From assembly GCA_000934665.2 (NCBI GenBank), contig JYFJ02003861.1, positions 1-37,397 on the forward strand: a stretch of 37,397 nt of DNA, in the 5' to 3' direction. Under the pieces are notes generated by a model. The model was not told the origin of the DNA, searched no databases, and worked only from the letters and a program-made list of their open reading frames with translations. Made by a program: the position numbers and the translations under genes. The stretch comes from Catajapyx aquilonaris (Eukaryota). Below, piece by piece: positions 25,001 through 34,246 of this stretch (within the stretch, counting starts at the first letter, position 1; each line of letters starts with the position of its first letter).

Positions 25001-28000
25001 AGAGTGCATAGTACGCTGAATGCATTGTAGGCCAAGGAGAAAAAGGCCATCAGCGTTAAGCGCCGATGCTTACTATTCCAGAGGGGGGTTCCCCCATCCC
25101 ACGGACTGCCATCAAATCAAGGCTCGGCCTCCGGAAAGGACAAAATGCTCCATCAAGACAACCCACGGCCCACCCCTTCTTAAAGGCAGCCGCAACCCAT
25201 CGAGCATGAAGAACCCCACGATTCTAATCGCCTGCATAATTTCCAACGTTTTAAACGCACACTATGCAAATTGACGCCTTATTGAATTCGACCCATGTTG
25301 CACAGGGCGCTAAGTCTTATCCCCCCATGACTCAATTCGCATCGTGTATTTTTACACTTGCCAAAAAAAAGCTACTTTTTTCGGCGCTTCCTCGGCAGCT
25401 GTCATTCTCGTGTCTGACCTTATATGGGCGTATATGAAGTGATAATCAAGCGGGGTACCACGCACATGCTAACAATACATCTTGGTTTCTCCGACGTTTT
25501 AATGGCGGCCTCGTTCTTCGACGAGGTTTTGGCGTAAACACTGCCAAGCAGTCGCCATTGAACGCGGTGGAAATAGAACCTCGTTCAGGGCCGATCTAGG
25601 CCAACATAATCCACAGTTTCCGTCTATAGGCGATCAGCAACGTTGTGGCTCACCAGCAGACTGTGTGTGATCCCGTAGGTGCCATCAGTTAATGACGTCA
25701 GTCTTAGCCCATTCCTATTGGTTGAGAGCATGTGATGTCACAGTCATGGCCCACCCCTAGATGGCGTGCTCCTGTAGCTCGCATGTGACCACCAATTACG
25801 CCCATCCACCTGGCTGGCGAATAACTTTGCATATCGGAAAAGTGCATCGTGTCAGTGGGGGGGCCCCGGCAAGGTCGCATCCCCACGAAATAGCGCGCGA
25901 GGGACGTATATCCAGTCACCTGCTGCAACCCATCGATCTGCCTCATTACCATCCACACCATCTGCAGTGTGTACACGCTGCATTTTTTCGAGTGTTGAGC
26001 CAGTCCGCTTCTAGAGGTGACTTCACGCGGAAATTGGCCTTACGTAACTCCCATCTCCCAGCGAATAATGCAGCACCCGATGTCACCCTGACGTCACGCT
26101 ATGTACTGTATCTACACTAGCGCAAGGTGGATGCAGTTGATGCGTGTGGTTATATCCAGTGCTTGCCGACCCCCCCTGTAAGGGGAAACGCTCAATTAAG
26201 GCTGCGTTGTCCTAATCACAGCGGGACCTGAATAACGACCACCTCATTTGAATAAATGAAAGTAGGCGAAATTGTATAGACAAACCTGCCCACACACATG
26301 CTCATTGCCATGTCTCGCACGCGCCTCTGCAATGTCACGGGAGCCACTTTTTAAAAGTCCAATTTATAAATTGCAGTCTATCAGTCAGAGTGGATATCAA
26401 TCGCCTGTGAGTGGCGGTCAATAACGTTATCGGCGATGGAAGATTGAAGGCTGAGCTATAGGTATATACTCGCAGGATGGCAGACATCGGTGTTTGCTAT
26501 TCTGGGCCTTCCTTTGCTAATGGTCGACCCAGAATACCCCAAGAAACCACCAAGGACGATAGCGCTGCCAGACTCCACAAGAACCCCCAATATACAGGAG
26601 CAGGGCCAGGGCCTTCGTATACCTTTCCGTATCATAACTGTCGAATTTGGGGACGTTCCTAAACCAGTTCTCCCAACGAGGGTGTCATCTGCAAAGGTAT
26701 GGTGAGGTACCTGTCACGAGTTCAGCAGGAAAACATGCTTAAATATTTATAGTTTTATCATAGGTAGCAATTTTCTAGAACGTAAACTGCACTTCCCGCA
26801 ATAACTTCCTTCGGGGAATAATTATGTCACATACATCCGCCAGGCTGGAACATCCCTGATCAAAAATTCAGTCATAAGGCTGCATAAATGCAATTCCACA
26901 TGTAAAGCCTGCGGCACTCGTGGTTTTGCACTATCAGATTACGACCAAACCGCGCTTTGGTGCTGCGTAGTGCGTGGGGCTCTCGAAAGGCAACGCACTT
27001 CAATCCGGTCACCCCATAAATAAACATGGCTATATTTTACACAAAGTAATCGTACACCGACCAACATGCGACACTTTATACGCCGCGTTTCGCCATGCAT
27101 CGACAAAGACTGATTTAAAATGCCAATGAAAAATTGTGTGTCAATAATTTTTCCAATTGTCACATACTTCCTGTAGACGCAACAGGTCACTGCCTCCTTC
27201 TGAGTACTCGCATAATTGGTCCGTAATTCTCGATGCGGAACAGCAGTTGTCACCCTTCCCGCGTATTGTTGCTAAAAGTCAACGGGAAGTGGTCTGCAAG
27301 GCGTCATACTTCCGCTTGATAACAATTCGCTGACAATCTTTTGCCATTTTTTTTTCCCTCTTCCGCTCCCTGTACATTCTGCCTCCACACACACCTTATG
27401 TGTGCGTTGCCTCACCCTGTACACACAAGCGGATGCTCATCACGTATTTTCAGCCGGTCAGCGGATGCTGATCACGTTTTTCCGCTCTTTCCACTAGTAA
27501 AAACCTGTGTCCATGTACGGGGACAGGTTACGCCTCAATATGGAACCTGCCGGATCTGAGCGAGCATAATTTTGGTCTGATTGCGCCCTCTAATAATTCA
27601 ACCTTGTGCAACACATGGCCAATGACCCTGACCCCCCCATGTACAAAAAAAAATCTCCATAATTTTCCATCTGACATTAGATATGTCGAATGGATTGGGT
27701 AGCACTGGAGGTAAAATTGGTGAGGAATGCAACAAGAGGTGGGTGTAGCAAGAGTGGTGTCGAAAGGGGGCTGAGGTGGAGGAGGCATCACGACCAGTTA
27801 TCCTTGCAAAGTCGCCCACCACTTGTGACATCACAGATATCAACAACTGTTTTTGGGCATGTCAAACTCCCATCCTAGCCGGCCTTTCTCTGACGTAGCT
27901 GGTCCCTTGCCCCCACGTTTTCTGCTCGATACAAATTCCTCCCATTGTTTCTGTTTCCTTGAGAGGCACGCGAATATTTTGTCTAGCCCAAATTTGGGGA

Positions 28001-29605
28001 TATGGTTGGCCGCTACGTTTATGTATTCTGGGAATTGTGGGAGTGCCGCTGACAATATGTACAGCATGCTTGGAACAATTGAATGGCCCTTGTTCTGTCA
28101 GCCAGATGAACCTGAGGCACCAAAATGACTCGAGCTCTAGCATGTGCAATTAACCGTGACATCACTAGATTCACAGAATGCAGCGGTGCCTGAGCAACCC
28201 TTTTCCTCCCTTTTGCAACGAAGCTCCTCATTATCCCTCAGCAGTGTATAATTATAATCTTACAAGTCAGTAAATCTACCTTTCGCCAAGGTCACTTGTC
28301 ACTTTACAGCAATGGACTAATTATGGCAGGATCTGCACAATTGATGTCCTGATAAGTCCTCCAATTATAATGAACTCATTGGGTGTCTGGAAGTTAATAA
28401 TTATTTAATATTGGAGTGTGGCAGAGCATTGACAGTGCCAGTTCAATGTGTGCTGCTAAAAAACCAGCCTGCGCAAACATTGGGACCACTCTCTGACATG
28501 TTCCCCTTTTCCACTGCAGCAGAGCCTATTGACACAACAGCTCGTGTCACTAATCATGGACGAGTGTTTCATGTTACATTGCACAATGATAAGCTTCATT
28601 GTACTTCGACCACTTGCGTAGTAGTACATGCTGACAAGCGACCCGGACACCATAAGGTTGTATTAGAAGGCAGTCTTTACAATAAACAGCAATGGTCAAG
28701 GCAAGAGTCTATATTGAAATGTGTCAAGTAGAATTTCTATACACTGCAAAAATGAATTGAACAGATATTATACTCAACAAACATGTGGATATTAATTCAA
28801 TCATACATCATAAATTAAATCAGAAATAAGTTTCCTCCAAATCTATGGTGTATTACTCGCAGAATTGTACTTCAGTCCAAATTTTAACAATTGATGTAGC
28901 ATATCAACATAATCAATGACACTAGAATATCCGCGTGAGTACAGTGAGCAACTTGAGCTTAAGTGCAAGTCACTTACAGCCAGACAAACTTTCCAAGATG
29001 ACTGACTTGAGAATAAGCCAGGTAACCAGTCATGCTACCTTTTGGAGCTGTAGAGTTGCAATCTATTGCAGTAGTGGGTATCCCAATGTGTCTAAGACAG
29101 TGGCGTAGGCAGGGGGGGGCCCCGGGGGGGCCGGGCCCCCCCCGAAATGTTAAGAAAAAGCAATAAATGCATTACATTATGTAACAGTAAAGAAAATTTT
29201 CGCGGTTTATGAAATCCTCCCCCTCCCCTCTCCGACTCGAATACTGTTATGATACGTCAAAAAAGTCTTACAATAGGTTACAATATTATGAAACGGACCG
29301 ATCGGCCATGGGCCCCCCCCGAAAAAAATTTCTGCCTACGCCACTGTCTAAGAGGACCCCTTAATATTTCCACCTCAGACTGTTGGTGTCACATTATGAT
29401 GCACTTACACAGCATCTACATGGTCCATGTATGGACACAGCGATTGATCCCTGTCTAACTCACCGAGATCCTCGACCAGCTTGAAGATGACCCCTCCAAT
29501 GTGCAGGTCTCCCTTGACCCTCAGAGTCCTCTCCACCTGCAGGTCGGTCACAAACACCCTGAGCTCCCAAGAGCCGTCCCCGACTAAGTACCCATCCGCT
29601 ATCAT
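16007..29605 (-). CDS. FERMT2: Kindlin / fermitin (unc-112/Fit family; FERM with inserted PH domain), 9 coding exons, 710 aa
   Basis: Exons 29605-29464, 22702-22469, 20991-20714, 20046-19844, 19762-19552, 18837-18662, 18521-18071, 16531-16295 and 16207-16007 total 2133 nt with consistent phases. Motifs: [152 protein letters not shown]. The symbol is given at family level; the arthropod ortholog is Fit1/Fit2. Confidence 0.97.
21069..21424 (-). mobile_element. tRNA-derived SINE, family A copy 2 (kindlin intron)
   Basis: A/B-box head (GTGACGCTGCGGTAAC...GGTTCGATACC), same body as 1947-2363 and a short TTA tail. 16-bp TSD ATGATATTTCCA[G/T]ATA at 21053-21068 and 21425-21440. Confidence 0.9.
23040..25600 (+). 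mobile_element. Heavily degenerate non-LTR retrotransposon (LINE) ORF2 relic, APE endonuclease + RT
   Basis: Collinear decayed motifs across frameshifts: LYPP (23164), IIIANVQA resembling IIIGDFNA (23249), FKPAHS resembling GFRxxHS (~24480), MDLE (~24654), TLFLAT-ND resembling PTLF..ND (~24860), L*YADDIF (YADD 24958-24969), then VHSTLNAL...CLLF. The GDFN-to-YADD spacing of ~1.7 kb is as expected for ORF2. Boundaries approximate. Confidence 0.55.
25750..28240 (-). mobile_element. Heavily degenerate Ty3/Gypsy LTR-retrotransposon pol relic (RT-RNase H-integrase-GPY/F)
   Basis: Collinear on minus. RT: GHS...[12 protein letters not shown]...KFGLDKIF resembling MPFGL.NAP..F / YLDDIL (28090-27970). 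RNase H: YDAL...[13 protein letters not shown]...[17 protein letters not shown] (27310-26975). Integrase: [15 protein letters not shown] (IHSD 26395-26384), [30 protein letters not shown] (~26220-26165). GPY/F-like GDWIYV...GP (~25920-25860). Domain order is Gypsy-type. No LTRs seen. Confidence 0.65.
29098..29346. mobile_element. hAT-type MITE in kindlin intron
   Basis: Perfect 15-bp TIRs CAGTGGCGTAGGCAG / CTGCCTACGCCACTG with G/C-run subtermini. Flanking duplication TCTAAGA at 29091-29097 and 29347-29353 (8 bp GTCTAAGA if the terminal G is shared). Confidence 0.9.
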
Positions 29606-29782
29606 TGTCGTGAACACCTACTGCCCACCCACCCAACACTGCAGATCCAACTGCCCCACACCAAACACACTTTTCACTGGCTACCCTGCAAAAAAGAGTG
29701 AGAGATAACATCACAGTCACAGGTGTACATAATAAAGTGGGGGTAAGGATGACCAGTACTGTATATTAGACCATGTGCTCAC

Positions 29783-29950
29783 CTGCAGTGTCCTCAGGGA
29801 TCACGAATCCAAACCAGCTCGTGAGATGTCACTTGCTGTGTCCTTCACTCATTCACTCACTGATGAGGCACCGCAGTTCCCGGACTATCAACCGTGTGCC
29901 GACTGCCCTACGCACAAGTGACGGCAGAAGCAGCTCGGGAAGAGAGAAAG
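29783..29950 (-). other. Probable non-coding 5' exon of the kindlin gene
   Basis: Minus-strand donor CAG|GTGAGC at 29783/29782 and a pyrimidine-rich acceptor TTTTTTGCAG ending at 29686 define a 97-nt intron. The region is locally CpG-rich. The upstream boundary is approximate. Confidence 0.5.
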
Positions 29951-30299
29951 TTCGCCTTCTGACAGGGGAGGGGATGGGATGGTGGAGGTGGTGGTGGTGG
30001 TGGTGGAGATGGGTGTTTGCAGAGTTTCCCCACAGATGGAGGGTGGACACAGGAGTGGGGTTGGAATTATGGCCAAGGCGGGAGGTTTCAATTCAAATAC
30101 ACTCTGCCATTATTGGGGTGCAAACGGGCAACAAACGGGCATCACTTCACATCACTAACCGAGCTAAAACTCCAGTGGTCACGCTCAAACTTACACTAAA
30201 ATCTTGGAGTAGACAGATCATACAGTTAAATTATGTCGCATTGCATGCAGCATGGCTGCTGTGGCAAGTGAAACAATTCAGTGGGCTATGGACTGCCAT

Positions 30300-30305
30300 T
30301 TTATT
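30300..30305 (-). promoter_or_regulatory. Candidate polyadenylation signal of the 4-Ig gene
   Basis: AATAAA on the minus strand about 95 nt after the TGA at 30401. Confidence 0.4.
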
Positions 30306-30400
30306 TCAGGAGTATGTATAGCATGAAAACGACTGACATCTCTCAGTCAGGAAAATTTACCTTGTTGACAGCAAATGCCCTTGTTCTTTGGGATGTATCT

Positions 30401-33400
30401 TCAGCAATAATTCCAGCTGACCAGTTTTAATGCTACTGCAGCCAATGTCACTGCAGCAGTCACAATGTGCCACACAGAAAGTGATGCATCTGTAACAAAA
30501 CACAAGCATTTACAACACTATTCTGCCAACGGATGATCATCACTTCATCACTTATCCCCCTTGAACTGGTGATTTGGAAAGATTTTATGTCTTCATACCA
30601 CAATAATATGGGCCATTTAAATGATTTAAAACACAAAATGGAAGTACCTGGCATATTTGCAAAAATTGTAGAGCTAACCAGTCCTGCTTCTGACTCAGCA
30701 CGGCATGTGTAGTAATCCACATCTTCCTCAGTCGGGTCAGATATGGAAAGTACGGATTTGTTGTGCTGATTGTCAATAAAGGTTCGATTGGTGAGCTTTG
30801 GATCAACCAAGGTGAGACTCTCTGATCCTAATAGGCAAAATAATTATTACTGGATATAAACCAAGGTTTCACAGTCACAGTATAAACTCCATTAGTACTA
30901 TGTGCTCACCTTTCATCCATTGCACACTGTTGGAAGGAATTGCATACACTTCGCAATCAATGTGCAGATGAGAACCATTTAAAGTAATAAAACGATTCTT
31001 AGCCTGGATTTGTACAGAAGGTTTCTCTGAAAGCACACAATTATTAACATCGTACAAACGACACAGAATAATTGAAGGGCTCGGGAGTAAACAATGGTAA
31101 GGGATATGTAAACCGCATACCCTACCCTTACCATTGTTTACTCCCGAGCCCTTCAATTATTATTTTATAATAACACCTATGACCAGTATATTATTACGTT
31201 TGACTTGAATCGTTTCCATAAGTGTCTGAACTGGAACTGACGAGTTGATGTTTGCTTCACATAAGTAGGATCCCACATCAGAGTCAGATGGGTTGGATAT
31301 AATTAGAGGGTCATTACAAGATGATGCACTTCCGCAACCATGAATAAGGGAACCATTTTTGTACCTATGTGCAAAGCATAATAACAGTCATAAGCATAGT
31401 AACATTCAACTGCTTGTTCAGGGTCTACTACTGATCATGCACCCCAGCCTAGCCATAGAAATTCAAAACTCTGTGGCTATCTCGTTATAATTTTAGTGTA
31501 CATATACTACAGAAACTTTCAAACTGAGATTAAACCTTTCAAATGAATAATAATCTATACTTAAATTTAAATGACACATGGTTTGGTGCCTTCGCCAGGA
31601 GGTTATTGGTACTTGTAACAGAGATCCCAGTTGACACATCATGGATTTATCCCTCACTCCTGCATGTTCATTCATTATAATAATAGGACAAACTATTTAA
31701 TAACATTTACATTCATGCAGCACTCAAGATATATCAGCGCTTACCAAGTGATGCTGTATGATTGGTTAGTGTTTGTCACATTGCACTGGAGAATAAGTTG
31801 CTTTTGATTCTGTGCCAACCACTTTGTCTTCCTCGATGCAACATCAAAATTTGCAATTATTTTAGGTACTAGTATGGTGCTGACATCAGGAATATCTGTA
31901 AGAGGTTTTATTCACTATCTCACCAGTGTCCTCATAAAACACATCAATAAATGAATTATTTCTTACCTCCTGGAGTAACACAGGCTGAATACACAATTCC
32001 TGTGATGGTATGTGCATGACATGTGAAGCAATATTCGCGATCATCTTCCTCTGTGGTACTTGGAATCTGCAGAAGAGAATACCTCCGATCTCCAGAATGC
32101 GAACTGTGGGTTTGGTATCCATATATCCCTGTTGAAAATGTGAAATAAGCTGTAGTTAGTGCCGTAGGGTCAATGGTAGAGGTTAATTCATTTTGTCAAC
32201 ATACAAGTTGCATTTTTCAAGTTGTATCTACGCCAGTTCACCTCTTCTACATAAATGCCGTATACCTCACATCCAATCTCAAGAGAGTCGCCTTTCTTAA
32301 GCTTGTGATTAACTTGCAGCCAGGGCTTTTCTGCAAATTATAAGAATATATTCTAAATAATTATTTCACTATCTATTAATAAAAAGGTAAAGAAAAAATA
32401 TGCCCCTTAGTCACAAATAAGGTTATGAAGTACACAATCAGTGATAACTTGTGAAGAATGTCCAGATTATGTATATGTCGTAGCCCCATAGCGAAATTAG
32501 GCACTTCATGAAATGTCTACTGAAATTGGACACATGCTGTAGTGCAATCTCCTGTGAAGAATTACAGCATGTGCCCAGAAATATTGGACTGTTCGCAAAG
32601 TGCCAGCAATGGGTTGGACTGATTCCGTAATTGGGTAGATTCTGAATATATTACGGAATCAGTCCAACCCGTTGGTGACAACGGATGGACGACAACCTTC
32701 CGTACAGTCACCTGGACTACTCTTTGGCTCAAGAGTCCGGACCAATTATTATTCAAGTCCTGGACTTCCCGACGTTCCCTCCTCACATTTCGTACAGGTC
32801 ATGGGCAGGTATGGCCTGCACTCTGCATCTCCTGATGCCCTCCACATCTTCTGGTTTTGCTCAGCTGCTAATGTACACTGGGTAGATTCTGAATTACGGA
32901 ATAAGTCCAACCCGGTGCTGACACTTCGCAAACACTCCAATATTTCTGGGCACATGCCGTAATTCTTCACAGGAGGTTGCACTACAGCATGTGTCCAATT
33001 TCAGGAGACATTTCATGAGTGTCCAATTTCGCTATGGGGCTACGACATATCCAATATGTACTGAGCACCTTTGAAGGAACTTTGTAGAATATTACTTGGT
33101 CAAAATTAGGTCAACGTTAATAAGTTATTATCCAAATAAGCTTATACGAGAGAAAATTATTGTTAGACAGCTGTCTATAGTAATAACTGCAGTGCTATTT
33201 TGTTTTTGCTATTTTGCCTAAAAAGTTATTACTCACGCAGCACATGTATATATGCAGAGGGTTCCATTTTCAGAGTTGGTCCAAGTGCCACACATGTATA
33301 GTAACCTAGATCTTGAATGTGAAGGTAATTTAGGATCAAAGTGTTGTTTCCTGGTGATATTACGGTCCGATTACCATCAGGAGTAATCAGACTACCATGT

Positions 33401-34246
33401 CGATACCTGAGGAAGTAATTTGCCATTACTTCTCAATATGAATAGTACTTGCCGTTGATAATACAAAATGAGTTTCCATATCATAGCCCCATATACAAGT
33501 ATGTTTCTTTGCAATTGTTTAATGATAAATACATTACTAATATAACAGTATCTGCACATAGCAATCTACAAATTCTTAGCATCTCAAAGAGTGCGTTGCT
33601 AAACTCAGCTGCTGCCGCAGCGAAACAAAAGAGTACTGGTAACAATAAAATAACAATACTACTACTTATTGTTATTTTATTGTTACTCTTTTGTTTCACT
33701 GTGACAGCAACTGAGTTTCGTTACGTACTCAAAGTTTAGGGTGGGATGCCCTTGTAAGTTGCAGATGACTAGTGAAACTCTAATTCGTCTTGCAAATTTT
33801 GATCATAACCCAAATGGAGGATTTGGTAATCACCTGAAAAACATGGGCATCCCCATGTATGAAAATTAAATTCTGGAACCTTCAAAGTCAAGTTTTTATA
33901 AATGAAACAAAGAAACAGTTATAGGGCATACTGTCTTGACTTCAATTCCAACGTTTTTTGACAGAATATATTTCAATACCTACCAGATAATTACATATGA
34001 TTCTTCATCTGAGCCTGTAAGATTGCACTGGAGCTCTACCTTGTTACTGCTGTGCTCCACCCATTTGATTTTACCTACTCTGGAATCATAATTCGCTGCA
34101 ATTCTCCCTCCTGAAATGAATAAATGAATATTAATGTTGGTTTACATGTCAATTATTCAGGGGACCTGATTCATACCTTTATTTCGTGATTGATAGACAA
34201 TGCATGCAATGGTCAAAATGCAGACGGCAGTATTGAGGTAGCCCAT
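30401..34246 (-). CDS. Immunoglobulin-superfamily cell-surface protein: signal peptide + 4 Ig domains + C-terminal hydrophobic segment (basigin/neuroplastin-like), 10 coding exons, 452 aa
   Basis: Exons 34246-34177, 34110-33984, 33406-33237, 32330-32205, 32128-31967, 31895-31745, 31364-31198, 31026-30910, 30827-30648 and 30489-30401 total 1359 nt, all GT-AG with compatible phases. Signal peptide MGYLNTAVCILTIACIV. Four Ig C...W...DxxxYxC signatures: LQCNL..IIWYRHG..DLGYYTC; IGCEV..VNW..EDDREYCFTC; LQCNV..ITWYKNG..DVGSYLC; IDCEV..VQWMK..EDVDYYTC. Tail VWHIVTAAVTLAAVALKLVSWNYC*. Confidence 0.85.
31067..31161. repeat. Perfect 37-bp inverted repeat with 21-nt loop in an intron of the 4-Ig gene
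   Basis: AATAATTGAAGGGCTCGGGAGTAAACAATGGTAAGGG (31067-31103) and its exact reverse complement (31125-31161). Confidence 0.95.
32473..33050. mobile_element. Foldback/MITE-like element with ~160-bp terminal inverted repeats
   Basis: 32473-32632 is about 90% identical to the reverse complement of 32892-33050 (termini ATATGTCGTAGCCCCATAGCGAAATT). It lies in an intron of the 4-Ig gene. Confidence 0.88.
33618..33701. repeat. AT-rich palindromic mini-element, copy 1
   Basis: CAGCGAAACAAAAGAGTA...ACAATAAAATAACAATA / TATTGTTATTTTATTGTTACTCTTTTGTTTCACTG; homologous to 36276-36354. Confidence 0.8.

Noticed and set aside
25800..26200. Plus-strand RNase H-like reading
   Set aside because: The same bases match the Gypsy integrase C-terminus and GPY/F module better on the minus strand.
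27853..28128. Plus-strand ORF with [14 protein letters not shown] resembling an integrase start
   Set aside because: The minus strand here reads as Gypsy RT, collinear with RNase H and integrase further along, so the plus-strand resemblance is probably chance.
29860..29900. CTGATGAG hammerhead-ribozyme core
   Set aside because: No downstream stem II-GAAA or flanking helices.
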